Source: Candidatus Cloacimonadota bacterium (GTDB lineage: Bacteria; Cloacimonadota; Cloacimonadia; Cloacimonadales; JAIOQZ01). Taken from it: DNA of 64,000 bases. Shown here one piece after another: positions 22,438 to 31,855 of the stretch (within the stretch, counting starts at the first letter, position 1; each line of letters opens with the position of its first letter). The translations under genes were made by a program, and so were the position numbers. Below the pieces are notes generated by a model. It was not told the origin of the DNA. It saw nothing but the letters and a program-made list of their open reading frames with translations, and made no database searches. Location: contig JAIOQZ010000045.1 in the NCBI GenBank assembly GCA_021108395.1, positions 11,487-75,486 on the forward strand, in the 5' to 3' direction.

Positions 22438-24522
22438 ATGCACGAACTGCAAAAACCAGTTACGACGCTGCCTGGCGTTGGCCCCACCCGCGCCGGCCTG
22501 CTGGCCAAGCTCGGTGTGCACACTGTAGGCGATCTGATGGAGCTGTTCCCCCGCGACTACGTCCGCCGCGATACCGGCGTGGCCATCGGCGACCTCATAC
22601 CCGACCAGGTAGCCGCCGTCGTGGGTACCATCGAAAGCTGCCAAGAGAAGCGCACTCAGCGCGGACGACGGCTCGAGGCGACTCTCTCCGACGGAATGGC
22701 AAGCATGGTGTGCGTGTGGTTCCGCTGGGGCAGGTGGATCACCGATAAACTCGAGGTGGGCGCCCGCGTATGGGTGAGCGGCAAGGTGACAGTGTTTCGC
22801 GGTGTCGTTCAGATGATGCACCCCGAAGTCGAGGTGATTGGGGACAGCGGCAGGGACAAGCCGGATGATTTCTGGAGCGGACGCGATGTATTGCCGCTCT
22901 ACCCGCTTACAGAGGGCATAACGCAGAAGTGGCTGCGGCGCCTGGTGATAGAGGCCTTCGCCGCGCACCACGCCGACGTGACCGAGAACCTGCCTGCCCA
23001 GCTTATCAAGCTTTATGGCTTCACGCAGCGCGGGGCCGCCATGCAAAAGCAGCACTTTCCCGTCACCGGCACCGACATCGCCCAGGTTCGTCAGCGCTTT
23101 GCCTACGAAGAGCTGTTCTACCACCAGCTCATGCTGGCGCGTTGTCACCATCTGCGCACCGAAGCGCGAGCCGGAATGAGCCTGCCGGTGCAGCGAAAAT
23201 TTACCACCTGGTTAAAACAAAGGCTGCCATTCTCGCTCACCGCCGCGCAGAAGCGTGTCATCCGCGAGATTGTGGCCGACATGGAATCGACCGCGCAGAT
23301 GAACCGCCTGTTGCAGGGCGACGTTGGCTCCGGCAAGACCATCGTAACGCTGTTCGCCATGCTCATCGCGGTCGAGAACGGCTGCCAGGCCGCGCTCATG
23401 GCGCCCACGGAAGTGCTCGCCGAGCAGCACTTCCGCAGCATCAGCCGTTTACTGGCCGACCAACCAGATGTGCGCATTGCGCTGCTGAAGGGTGGAAAAT
23501 CTCGTGACAAGACTGCGTTGAAGGAGGCCATCGCCGCAGGTGAGGTGGACATCGTGGTGGGTACGCACGCGCTCATTCAGAAGGGCGTCGTTTTCCAGCG
23601 GCTGGCGTTTGTGGCTGTGGACGAACAACACCGCTTCGGCGTGAAGCAGCGCTCGCAACTCGCCGACAACGAGTCACGGCCGGACATCCTCCACCTTTCG
23701 GCCACGCCCATTCCCCGCTCGCTGGCGCTCACCCTCTGGGGCGATCTGGACATCAGCGTACTCGACGAACTGCCGCCCGGTCGCAAGCCCATCAAGACCG
23801 TGTGGAAGGCTGCCGACCGCATCGGAGAGGTGTATAACGCCGTTTGGAGCGAGTTGCAGAAGGGCAGACAGGCATACATGGTATGTCCGCTGGTGGAGCA
23901 AAGCGAGAAGCAAGACCTGCTCGACGCCGAAACGCTCTACGAGCGGCTGCAAAAGGGACCATTCAAGCGTTACAAGTGTGCGTTACTGCATGGCCGCATG
24001 CACTCTGACGAGAAGGACAGGGTGATGCAAGCGTTCCAACGCGGCGAGATTCACCTGCTGGTGGCCACCACAGTCATCGAGGTGGGCATCGACGTGGCCA
24101 ACGCCACCGTGATGGTCATCGAACACGCCGAGCGCTTCGGGCTTTCGCAGATGCACCAGTTGCGCGGTCGTGTGGGTCGCGGCGCCGAAGAAAGCTGGTG
24201 CTACCTCGTGGCGCATCCGCCTCTGGGCGAAGAAGCTCGCATCCGCCTGCAAACGATGGTAAGCAGCACCGATGGTTTCGTCATCGCCGAGAAAGACCTC
24301 GAGCTGCGCGGCCCCGGCAACTTCTTCGGTACCCAGCAGTCGGGGCTGCCCGCGTTCCGCCACGCCAACATCGTGCAGGATCACCAGTTGCTCAAAGCCG
24401 CCCGCGCCGACGCGCTCAAGCTCGTCGAGCACGACGCCGACATGCAGCAGCCAGACCACGCCCCGGTTCGCAACCACTACTTCCCCACCTACGCCGAGCG
24501 CGAAAGGCTGTTCAGGCAGTGA
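22438..24522 (+). CDS. recG: ATP-dependent DNA helicase RecG
   Basis: 694 aa with an OB/wedge N-terminus and helicase motifs GDVGSGKT, DEQHRFG, ATPIPRSL, TTVIEVGIDV and QLRGRVGRG. Confidence 0.95.
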   Translation: MHELQKPVTTLPGVGPTRAGLLAKLGVHTVGDLMELFPRDYVRRDTGVAIGDLIPDQVAAVVGTIESCQEKRTQRGRRLEATLSDGMASMVCVWFRWGRWITDKLEVGARVWVSGKVTVFRGVVQMMHPEVEVIGDSGRDKPDDFWSGRDVLPLYPLTEGITQKWLRRLVIEAFAAHHADVTENLPAQLIKLYGFTQRGAAMQKQHFPVTGTDIAQVRQRFAYEELFYHQLMLARCHHLRTEARAGMSLPVQRKFTTWLKQRLPFSLTAAQKRVIREIVADMESTAQMNRLLQGDVGSGKTIVTLFAMLIAVENGCQAALMAPTEVLAEQHFRSISRLLADQPDVRIALLKGGKSRDKTALKEAIAAGEVDIVVGTHALIQKGVVFQRLAFVAVDEQHRFGVKQRSQLADNESRPDILHLSATPIPRSLALTLWGDLDISVLDELPPGRKPIKTVWKAADRIGEVYNAVWSELQKGRQAYMVCPLVEQSEKQDLLDAETLYERLQKGPFKRYKCALLHGRMHSDEKDRVMQAFQRGEIHLLVATTVIEVGIDVANATVMVIEHAERFGLSQMHQLRGRVGRGAEESWCYLVAHPPLGEEARIRLQTMVSSTDGFVIAEKDLELRGPGNFFGTQQSGLPAFRHANIVQDHQLLKAARADALKLVEHDADMQQPDHAPVRNHYFPTYAERERLFRQ

Positions 24523-24692
24523 AGAGACAGGGGTTCCACCCCTGAACCCCGCTTACCTTTTTCGAGAAAAAGGTAAGACAAAAAGCTTTAACGGATACTG
24601 CGTATCCTGTGCACGAAAGATATTCTTATGACGCAAGGATGCGTTAGCATCCACCAGAGGTTTTTGATCCAAACTTTCTTCAAAAAGTTTGG
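24521..24692. repeat. Hairpin-mosaic repeat locus E (T-H-L-P-C | C'-P-L'-H, tail-to-tail dimer)
   Basis: GAAGAGACAGGGGttccaCCCCTGAACCCC, CTTACCTTTTTcgagAAAAAGGTAAG, GGATACtgcGTATCC, TGTGCACGAAAGATATTCTTATGACGCAAGG, ATGCgttaGCATCC and CCAAACTTTCTtcAAAAAGTTTGG (24669-24692). It fills the whole recG-rlmI spacer and overlaps both stop codons. Confidence 0.85.
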
Positions 24693-25840
24693 CGGCACAC
24701 AAGGCACTTCAGGTAGTCGGACTCAGGGCAGGAGGCCATAACGGGGTGGTCGGCGGAAGCGCCGCGCTCGGAGAGGAACTGCATCTGGCGTCCGGCGGCA
24801 TGGGCGGCGGTGGACAGCACCTGCCGGAACTGCAACCGACTCACGCGCCCCGAACATGAGCAGGTGAGCAGAAAGCCGTCCGGCTCGAGTGTGCGCAGGG
24901 CCAATTCGTTCAACGAGATATACCCCTTCAGCGCCTGGCGGGTGTCGCGTCCGCCGGCAAACTTCGGCGGGTCGAGCACGATGCAGCCGAAGCGCTCGCC
25001 GCTTTCCACCTGCTGTTTCAGGAAGGCGAAGGCGTCGGTGCGGTGGAACTGCACGGGCAGCCGGTTAAGCTCGGCGTTGGCACGGGCTGTCTCCAGCGCC
25101 GGCTCGGAAACATCCACCGCGGTAACGCTGTCGGCGTCGGCAGCCGCCATGTTCAGTGCGAATCCACCGGTGTAGCAGCAGACGTCGAGACAGCGGCGGC
25201 CTGCGGCCAGCGTTCGCACGGCCAGGCGATTGTCGCGCTGGTCGAGATAGAAGCCGGTCTTTTGCCCCTGCGTCGGGCTCACCATATAGCGTAGGCCATG
25301 CTCGACAATCTCGACGGCTTGCGGGGCGCCGTCCGTCAGTTCGAGCGGTTCAAGGCCTTCCTGCTTCCGCAGACCGTTGTCAGTGCGCAACACGATGCCC
25401 TTTGGTCGCAACAGGGAGCACAGCAACTCCAGCAGCATATCTGCCCGGCGGGCAAGCGCCAGGCTGGAAAGTTGCACCACGAGTTGCCGCCCGTAGCGGT
25501 CAACGGTGAGTCCACTAAGGCCGTCACCCTCGCTGTTCACGAGGCGGCAGGTGGCGCCCTGACCATACAGGTCATCGCGCAGGCGGATGGCGCTCGACAT
25601 TCGCTCGCGGAAGAAGGCCTCGTCCAGCCGCTGCTCCTGTCGCCACGAATATAACCGCAGGCGTATCTGGCTGTGACTGTTGAACAACCCCCAGGCCACG
25701 AAGCTTCCATCGCTGGTATAAAGCGGCAGTTCGTCGCCGTCTGCGGGGTTGCCGCTCACATGTTTCAGCGCCCCCGAAAACACCCAGGGATGCCGGTGCA
25801 CGAACGGCTTCTCGCGTCCAGGCTTCAGGATGGCCTTCAT
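24680..25840 (-). CDS. rlmI: 23S rRNA (cytosine1962-C5)-methyltransferase RlmI
   Basis: MKAILKPGREKPFVHRHPWVFSGA... matches the RlmI/YccW N-terminus. Also present are a PUA-like region, KTGFYLDQRDNR, the SAM motif LDVCCYTGGF and DPPKF. The ATG at 25840 overlaps a TGA (ATGA), as at a coupled junction. The track ORF extends to 25924. Confidence 0.9.
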   Translation of the reverse strand: MKAILKPGREKPFVHRHPWVFSGALKHVSGNPADGDELPLYTSDGSFVAWGLFNSHSQIRLRLYSWRQEQRLDEAFFRERMSSAIRLRDDLYGQGATCRLVNSEGDGLSGLTVDRYGRQLVVQLSSLALARRADMLLELLCSLLRPKGIVLRTDNGLRKQEGLEPLELTDGAPQAVEIVEHGLRYMVSPTQGQKTGFYLDQRDNRLAVRTLAAGRRCLDVCCYTGGFALNMAAADADSVTAVDVSEPALETARANAELNRLPVQFHRTDAFAFLKQQVESGERFGCIVLDPPKFAGGRDTRQALKGYISLNELALRTLEPDGFLLTCSCSGRVSRLQFRQVLSTAAHAAGRQMQFLSERGASADHPVMASCPESDYLKCLVCRQTF

Positions 25841-25902
25841 GCTTCGCCCCAAGCGTGGATGAACTCGAGCACTGGCAGACTGAGCCGCATCAGCTCGTTG
25901 TG
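25810..25902. repeat. 93-bp direct repeat, copy 1 (mfd-tail/rlmI-start junction; functional rlmI start)
   Basis: Identical to 26601-26693 except for one position (25893 G vs 26684 A), by eye alignment with an offset of 791 bp. Confidence 0.9.
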
Positions 25903-26015
25903 ATTGGTGCGAATAGTATTGCACTCTGTACAGTGTTGAGTGAGATCTCCTTTCGTGCCGGAGTAGAGACTACCCTCGTCCGTGTATTGGCGAAGAATGT
26001 CGAGGTTTGCGTGGG

Positions 26016-26513
26016 TTAAAAATCCCCGAGGCTTTTCGATAAGAGCTTTGCTCTCATCGTTGATCCGGCGGCGTTTGCTTCGAGCCAGCACGACAGGGGG
26101 TAGAGGTCGGAGGTCGGCATTGCCTGGCTCAGTTGAAGGTCGTGCCAGAGCGTCCCCAGTAGTTTCGGACACACCTTCAGCGCCAGTCCAAGAGATTTGC
26201 CCGCTTTCCACCCCGGCGTGTCCGTCTGCATCAGTATCCGCCGCGAGATTTGCATCAGGTCTTCCGCTGCCAGCCACGCCGGAATCAAGCGCCCTAACAC
26301 CTGCTCCTTCAGCTCCGGCAGTTCCGGCGGCGGGTTGTCCTGCTCCATCTCGCAAACCTGTCTCCACAGTTCCTCGGCGTCCAGTATCGTCTGTTCCAAC
26401 TCCTGCAACGTCGGCCACGTCACTTCTGCCACCAGCTTCTTCATCGCCTCGTTCTCCGAGACGAATCTCCGCTTCTTCGGCATCTGGTGTACTATCTCTG
26501 TTACCCTGACCAT
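26016..26513 (-). CDS. Hypothetical protein (165 aa) inside the 698-bp insert between the duplicated junctions
   Basis: Strong SD AGGAGGAG lies 7 nt upstream of ATG 26513. The helical-looking sequence is plausible (…LQELEQTILDAEELWRQV…ISRRILMQTDTPGWKAGKSLGLALK…), but I recognise no family. Confidence 0.55.
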   Translation of the reverse strand: MVRVTEIVHQMPKKRRFVSENEAMKKLVAEVTWPTLQELEQTILDAEELWRQVCEMEQDNPPPELPELKEQVLGRLIPAWLAAEDLMQISRRILMQTDTPGWKAGKSLGLALKVCPKLLGTLWHDLQLSQAMPTSDLYPLSCWLEANAAGSTMRAKLLSKSLGDF

Positions 26514-26600
26514 TGTCTATCTCCTCCTCAGATAAGATACTTGCGGTGGCGTCAACTGTCAAGTCTTCCGTGTATATCGCTTTACCGGTGTCGGAGGCAA

Positions 26601-26693
26601 TCTCGCGTCCAGGCTTCAGGATGGCCTTCATGCTTCGCCCCAAGCGTGGATGAACTCGAGCACTGGCAGACTGAGCCGCATCAACTCGTTGTG
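26601..26693. repeat. 93-bp direct repeat, copy 2 (functional mfd tail plus a decoy rlmI start)
   Basis: See copy 1. It contains the mfd stop (26628-26630) overlapping a second ATGAAGGCCATCCTGAAGCCTGGACGCGAG (MKAILKPGRE) start. Confidence 0.9.
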
Positions 26694-29600
26694 GCTGGCG
26701 CGGTAGTCATTGGACAGGGTGAAGAACACCTTCAGGTTGCCCGAGGTATCGAAGCGAACTGGGTAGTCGAAGCGCTGCACCAGCTTACCCAAATGCTGGC
26801 GGCTGGGCAGTCTGCGGCTGTCGAATTCGAGCACGAGCTCGCCACCCTTGAGCTGGTACGATACCAACTGGGCGTGCTCGGTGTGCATGCGCAGCCGATA
26901 GAACAGCAACGCTTGCTTCGCCGGTGACGGCGCCTCGCCAAAGCGGTCGATCAACTCGGCCTCGAGTTCGTCGAACTGCGATGCGTTCTCGAAACCCAGC
27001 ATTCGCTTATAGAGGTCGAGGCGCGTTTTTTCGTCGGCGATGTAGCTGTCGGGGAAATAGTGGTCGCCCGTAACCCGAACCGGCGGTGTCTGCGCTTCCT
27101 GCTCCGACCATATCTGCTGGTCTTCGTCGAGGTTGGTGATTGCCTGTTCGAGCAACTGGTTATAGTAGTTAAACCCGACGCTATTGATGACGCCGCTCTG
27201 CTTTGTTCCCAGCAGCGTACCGGCACCGCGAATCTCGAGGTCGCGCATGGCGATCTGATAGCCTGCGCCCAGATAGTCGTACTCAGTGAGCGTTTCGAGC
27301 CGCTTGCGAGCTTCCTCGCTCATGCGGGTGGGAATGACCAGATAGGCGTAGGCGCGGCGGTTGCTGCGGCCCACACGGCCTCGAAGCTGATAGAGCTGCG
27401 CTAGGCCGAACATGTCGGCGCGGTTCACGATTATCGTGTTGGCGTTGGGGATGTCGATGCCCGACTCGATGATGGCGCTGGTAATGAGCACATCGAACTT
27501 GTGGTGAGCGAAGTCGAGCATGACGCGCTCAAGCTGGCGCTCGGGCAACTGGCCATGAGCAATGGCAAAGCGCACATGCGGCAACAGTTTGCGCAAGTCC
27601 TGCGCCATGCTGTCGATGGTCTGCACACGGTTGTGCAAAAAGAACACCTGCCCGCCGCGATCTATCTCGCGGTTCACGGCGTCCTTGATGATCTCCTCGT
27701 CGAACGGCACAATGATGGTGCGCACCGGCAGGCGCGCCTTGGGCGAGGTCTGCATCAGCGAGATTTCCTTGAGTCGCGACATCGCCATGTTGAGCGTACG
27801 GGGAATGGGCGTGGCGCTCATATACAGCGTATCGACGTTGGCCTTTATCTGCCGCAGCTTTTCCTTGTGGCGCACTCCAAAGCGGTGTTCCTCGTCGATG
27901 ATGAGCAGTCCCAGCCGCTTTAAACGAACGTCTTTGGACAGCAACCTGTGTGTGCCAATGGCGATGTCAATCTGCCCCTCGCCCAGCGCAACGATGTCTT
28001 TCTTCATCGCGGCGGGTGTGCGGAACCGACTGAGCATCGTGATGTTGACAGGGTACTGCGCCAGCCGTTCGCGGAAGACGAGATAGTGCTGCTCGGCCAG
28101 CAGCGTGGTGGGAACCAGCACCGCCACCTGGTAACCCGCAAGCACTGTCTTGAACGCGGCGCGGATGGCCACCTCGGTTTTGCCAAAGCCCACGTCGCCG
28201 CAGAGCAGGCGCTCCATTGGCACGTCGCTCTCCATGTCCTGCTTGATCTCGCAGGTGGAGCGCGACTGGTCGGGCGTGTCCTCATAGATGAAGGCGTCCT
28301 CCATCTCGGTCTGCCAGGGGGCGTCGGGCGCGATGGCGATGCCCTTGCGCACCTTGCGCTCGGCATACAGCTTCACGATGTCCTCGGCCACCACCTCGAT
28401 CTGCTTGCGGGCGCGCTGCTTCTGCGTTTCCCACATCTTGCCGCCCAACTTGTGGATGGTTGGCCGATAGCCTTCCTCAGAGACAAACCGGCTCACCAGG
28501 CTGAGCTGGAACGTAGGTACATAGACTGTGTCGTTATCGGCGTAGCGCAGCGTGAGGCACTCGATTTCGCTGCCTTCCACGCTCATGCGCTTCAGGCCTT
28601 CATATACGCCAATGCCATAGTCGATGTGAACGATGTAGTCACCGGGTTGCAGGGCTTCATAATCGACCAGCGCTTCGTCTTTGGCAAACTGCGAGGCGCT
28701 GCGCCGCTTGCGGTAGCGACTGAATATCTCGTGGTCGGTGAACACCGACAGCTTCGCGTCGAGCAGGTTGAAGCCCTTTTGCAGCACACCGATGGTGAAA
28801 GTGACGCTGTCGGCCAGTTCCGGCAGCAGCTCGCGCATTCGTTTGCTCTGGCTGCGGTTGTCGCTCTGAATAAACACCGCGTGTCCGGCGGCGATTTTGT
28901 CGTTCAGGCTGCGCTCGAGCATGCCCAGGTCGCTGTGCATGTTTGTCTGCGAGGTGAGCGGCGCTTCGAGCCGGCTGACGATATGGGCGTGTTCCTGGTA
29001 GGATGAGGCGAGAAAATGCGTGTGAGCGGTGGTCAGCAGGTTGTCCAGCCAGGCGCGGCTCTCGAACAACCGCGTTGGCTCCGGCAACTGGCGTTTCTTT
29101 TTCTGAGTGCGGCTCTTTTGCCATAGCTCGGCCACTTCCTGCTCCAGCTCCTCGATATAGCCAGGAAAGAACTGATACTCGTCGAAGAGGAAAAGCGGCT
29201 GCTTCAACCACTGGGCAAAGCTTTCGAGTCGTGGCAGCAGTAGCGACACATCCTGCTCGATGCCGTCATAGAAGCCGTTATCGTGAATGCGCTCCCACAG
29301 TTGTTCGTCGGCGTCGATGTCGTGCAATGAAAACTCGCGAGAGGGCAGCAGCGTCACCCGTTTCACGGCGCCCTCCAGCGAACGCTGCGAAGCCACGCTG
29401 AACGAGCGCATGCCCACAATCTCGTCACCCCAGAACTCGATGCGCACCGGATAGGCGAGGTTGGGCGAAAACACGTCCACAATGCCGCCGCGCCGCGCCA
29501 CCTCGCCCACACGCGACACCTGGTATTCGTTGGCGTAACCCATGCCCACGAGGTTGGACACCAGCACGTCGGGGTCATACTCTGCGCCGCTATTGAGGCC

Positions 29601-30023
29601 GATGATGTTGGCCGCAAACATCTCGCGGGGCACGATCTGGCGCAGCAGCGAGCGCAACGGCACGCTGTATATCTGCGGTCGGCCGGACACGGCCCTGGCC
29701 AAAGCCTCGATGCGCTGTGCCCGGATGGTGTAGTGCGGCGAGCGCTCCTCGAAGGGCAGCACCTCGAAGTCGGGCAGCAGGCAGGCGCTTTCGCGTCCAA
29801 CCAGAAGCTGCAAGTCTTCGAGGTAGTCCTCGGCGGTTTTGTCGTCGGCGCTGACAAAGACGATGTCGCACTGCCTTTGACGGAAGACATGCGCCGCCAG
29901 CGCTGCCTTGGCCGAGGCGTTGAGGCCGTGCAGCAGACAGCCGCGCCCCTTCGCCGACAGAGCCTCCGTGGCCTGCGTGAAGAACGGGGAACGTTCGAGT
30001 TGCACAAAAAGCTGTGAAAGCAT
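26628..30023 (-). CDS. mfd: Transcription-repair coupling factor Mfd
   Basis: About 1,131 aa with a UvrB-homology N-terminus and helicase motifs GDVGFGKTEVA, IIDEEHRFGV, ATPIPRTL and QLRGRVGRS. The second of two ATGs lies 5 nt downstream of SD AGGAG. Confidence 0.95.
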   Translation of the reverse strand: MLSQLFVQLERSPFFTQATEALSAKGRGCLLHGLNASAKAALAAHVFRQRQCDIVFVSADDKTAEDYLEDLQLLVGRESACLLPDFEVLPFEERSPHYTIRAQRIEALARAVSGRPQIYSVPLRSLLRQIVPREMFAANIIGLNSGAEYDPDVLVSNLVGMGYANEYQVSRVGEVARRGGIVDVFSPNLAYPVRIEFWGDEIVGMRSFSVASQRSLEGAVKRVTLLPSREFSLHDIDADEQLWERIHDNGFYDGIEQDVSLLLPRLESFAQWLKQPLFLFDEYQFFPGYIEELEQEVAELWQKSRTQKKKRQLPEPTRLFESRAWLDNLLTTAHTHFLASSYQEHAHIVSRLEAPLTSQTNMHSDLGMLERSLNDKIAAGHAVFIQSDNRSQSKRMRELLPELADSVTFTIGVLQKGFNLLDAKLSVFTDHEIFSRYRKRRSASQFAKDEALVDYEALQPGDYIVHIDYGIGVYEGLKRMSVEGSEIECLTLRYADNDTVYVPTFQLSLVSRFVSEEGYRPTIHKLGGKMWETQKQRARKQIEVVAEDIVKLYAERKVRKGIAIAPDAPWQTEMEDAFIYEDTPDQSRSTCEIKQDMESDVPMERLLCGDVGFGKTEVAIRAAFKTVLAGYQVAVLVPTTLLAEQHYLVFRERLAQYPVNITMLSRFRTPAAMKKDIVALGEGQIDIAIGTHRLLSKDVRLKRLGLLIIDEEHRFGVRHKEKLRQIKANVDTLYMSATPIPRTLNMAMSRLKEISLMQTSPKARLPVRTIIVPFDEEIIKDAVNREIDRGGQVFFLHNRVQTIDSMAQDLRKLLPHVRFAIAHGQLPERQLERVMLDFAHHKFDVLITSAIIESGIDIPNANTIIVNRADMFGLAQLYQLRGRVGRSNRRAYAYLVIPTRMSEEARKRLETLTEYDYLGAGYQIAMRDLEIRGAGTLLGTKQSGVINSVGFNYYNQLLEQAITNLDEDQQIWSEQEAQTPPVRVTGDHYFPDSYIADEKTRLDLYKRMLGFENASQFDELEAELIDRFGEAPSPAKQALLFYRLRMHTEHAQLVSYQLKGGELVLEFDSRRLPSRQHLGKLVQRFDYPVRFDTSGNLKVFFTLSNDYRASHNELMRLSLPVLEFIHAWGEA

Positions 30024-30030
30024 CATCTCT

Positions 30031-30294
30031 CCTAAGAGCAGGGGCGCCGCCCCTGAACCCCACTCGCCTTTTGCAAAAGGCGAGACCGAAAACTTTTGTG
30101 GATGCTACGCATCCTTGTGTCAAAAGAATAATATGTGTACATGGAAATATTTCTGGACGAATGATAACGCATCTTCGTTATACACACAAGTTTATTTTTA
30201 CTGTACATAGGAAACGAAGTTTCCGCAAAAGTTTTTGATCCAAACTTTTTACAAAAAGTTTGGTGGGGTTCAGGGGCAAAGCCCCTGTCTTAGG
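30031..30294. repeat. Hairpin-mosaic repeat locus F, full-length palindromic composite (T-H-L-P-C-centre-F-L'-H-T')
   Basis: CCTAAGAGCAGGGGcgccgCCCCTGAACCCC ... GGGGTTCAGGGGcaaagCCCCTGTCTTAGG form terminal inverted repeats. Internal modules are CTCGCCTTTTgcAAAAGGCGAG, GGATGCtacGCATCC, TTGTGTCAAAAGAATAAT, TGTACATAGGAAACGaAGTTTCC and CCAAACTTTTTacAAAAAGTTTGG. It fills the divergent mfd/fetA spacer. Confidence 0.9.
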
Positions 30295-30301
30295 AGATGC
30301 G

Positions 30302-30976
30302 ATGCTTTACGAGATACGTCTGAACAAGCTGCAATATGAAGACAAGCTTCTACTGCGCAATGTTTCACTGGACATCGAAGCGGGCGAGAAGGTGCTCATC
30401 GTGGGCGAAACGGGTTGCGGGAAGACCTCGCTGCTGCACACGCTGAACCTGATGAATCCCGGCTACGATGGCTGCATCAAGTTTCACGGTGAACCGATTA
30501 AGGCCCATCCTCCAGATACACTGCGGGCACGGGTCATCGAGGTGATGCAGGAGCCGGTGCTGGGCGATGGCTCTGTGCGGCAGGCTATCGAGTATCCCCT
30601 GCGCTTTCATGTTCATCGCGGCAAGAGCTTTTGCAACGACCGCATACGCGAGCTTCTCGCTGCGCTCAGGCTGCCGGATGGCATCCTCGACAAGCCGGTC
30701 GATACGCTGTCTGGCGGCGAGAAACAGCGGGTGGCACTGGTTCGGGCCATGCTGCTCGAGCCAGAAGCGCTGCTGCTGGACGAACCAAGCTCCGCGCTCG
30801 ACCAGTCAGTGTCCGCTCAGGTAGCTGACTATCTGCTATGCTGCTGGGACGGCGCCATCATCGGCATCAGCCACGACCCGACCTGGCAGCGCAAGTTCAC
30901 GCACACATTCACGTTTGCGGACAAGAGGCTGCTCGACGAGAAGAAGCTGCAAAGTATCCCGGAGGTGACGCAATGA
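30302..30976 (+). CDS. fetA: ABC transporter ATP-binding protein, FetA/YbbL-like
   Basis: Walker [10 protein letters not shown], signature LSGGEKQR and Walker B LLLDEP. SD AGGAG lies 5 nt upstream, and the stop overlaps the start of the UPF0014 permease (ATGA). Confidence 0.75.
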   Translation: MLYEIRLNKLQYEDKLLLRNVSLDIEAGEKVLIVGETGCGKTSLLHTLNLMNPGYDGCIKFHGEPIKAHPPDTLRARVIEVMQEPVLGDGSVRQAIEYPLRFHVHRGKSFCNDRIRELLAALRLPDGILDKPVDTLSGGEKQRVALVRAMLLEPEALLLDEPSSALDQSVSAQVADYLLCCWDGAIIGISHDPTWQRKFTHTFTFADKRLLDEKKLQSIPEVTQ

Positions 30977-31785
30977 TGGAAGTTCGCACCATAGGGCTGG
31001 TCATCAGCTTTGGGCTGATGCTGCTGCCGCTGCTCATTTTCAAGTATATGAAGCTGCCGCTCATCAAGGCGACGGGGGTGGCGTTCCTGCGGATGGTGGT
31101 GCAGCTTGCCGTGATTGGCCTCATCCTCTCATACATTTTCCGCTGGGATCATCCGGCCATCACCATTGGCTGGCTTGCGTTCATGGTGGCGGCGGCCACC
31201 TACACCGTGCTCGAACGCCTCGAACTGCCGTGGACGTTTCTGTTGCCGGTGGTGCTGTTCCCGCTTTTACTGGCGTCGGGGAGTATGTTGGCGATTTTTG
31301 CTGTACTCGTGGTCAAACCTGACACCGCCGTCGGGTACCCGCTGGTCAATCCGCGGCTGCTGATTCCCGTCTTCGGGATGATTCTGGGTAACAGCATGAA
31401 CGCGACTGCGCAGGCGTTGGAGCGTCTGGCAAGTGATTTGAAAGCCAACTGGCGGCGCTATTACTCCGACATCACGATGGGAGCGCGGCCACGAGAGGCG
31501 GCCGCCCCGTTCATTCGCAACGCCATGCGCGCCTCGCAGATGCCGCGCATCATGAACATGGCGTCCGTCGGCATCATCTCGCTGCCGGGCATGATGGCTG
31601 GCCTCATCGTGCAGGGCGCAGACCCCACCCAGGCTATCAAGTATCAGATGATGGTGATGGCGGGTATATTCGTGGCGGTGACACTGGCTGTGGGAGGGAC
31701 GCTACACCTCTATGTGGGCAAGATTTTCGACAACTGGTATCTGCCAGTACCGACGTTGCGCCGTAAGAAGGGGCTTCGCCCCTGA
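30973..31785 (+). CDS. fetB: Iron-export ABC permease FetB/YbbM (UPF0014 family)
   Basis: [29 protein letters not shown] and [31 protein letters not shown] align well with E. coli YbbM as I remember it. The last 8 codons lie inside repeat locus G. Confidence 0.8.
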   Translation: MMEVRTIGLVISFGLMLLPLLIFKYMKLPLIKATGVAFLRMVVQLAVIGLILSYIFRWDHPAITIGWLAFMVAAATYTVLERLELPWTFLLPVVLFPLLLASGSMLAIFAVLVVKPDTAVGYPLVNPRLLIPVFGMILGNSMNATAQALERLASDLKANWRRYYSDITMGARPREAAAPFIRNAMRASQMPRIMNMASVGIISLPGMMAGLIVQGADPTQAIKYQMMVMAGIFVAVTLAVGGTLHLYVGKIFDNWYLPVPTLRRKKGLRP

Positions 31786-31854
31786 CACCCCACAAACTTT
31801 TTGCAAAAAGTTTGATCAAAAACTCTTAGCGGATGCTGCGCATCCTTGTGACAC
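31763..31854. repeat. Hairpin-mosaic repeat locus G (variant T-H-L-P-partial C)
   Basis: GTAAGAAGGGGcttcgCCCCTGACACCCC, CAAACTTTTTgcAAAAAGTTTG (31793-31814), ATCAAAAACTCTTAGC, GGATGCtgcGCATCC and TTGTGACAC. Confidence 0.8.
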
Positions 31855-31855
31855 T

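Noticed and set aside
25837-26643. 268-aa minus-strand ORF starting MGRSMKAILKPGRE... and ending ...LEFIHAWGEA
   Set aside because: It is a chimera created by the 93-bp junction duplication: a decoy rlmI start at one end and a duplicated Mfd tail at the other. The middle is low-complexity G/A/D/E-rich and out of frame with the better-supported 165-aa ORF. It is reported as part of the duplication finding, not as a gene.
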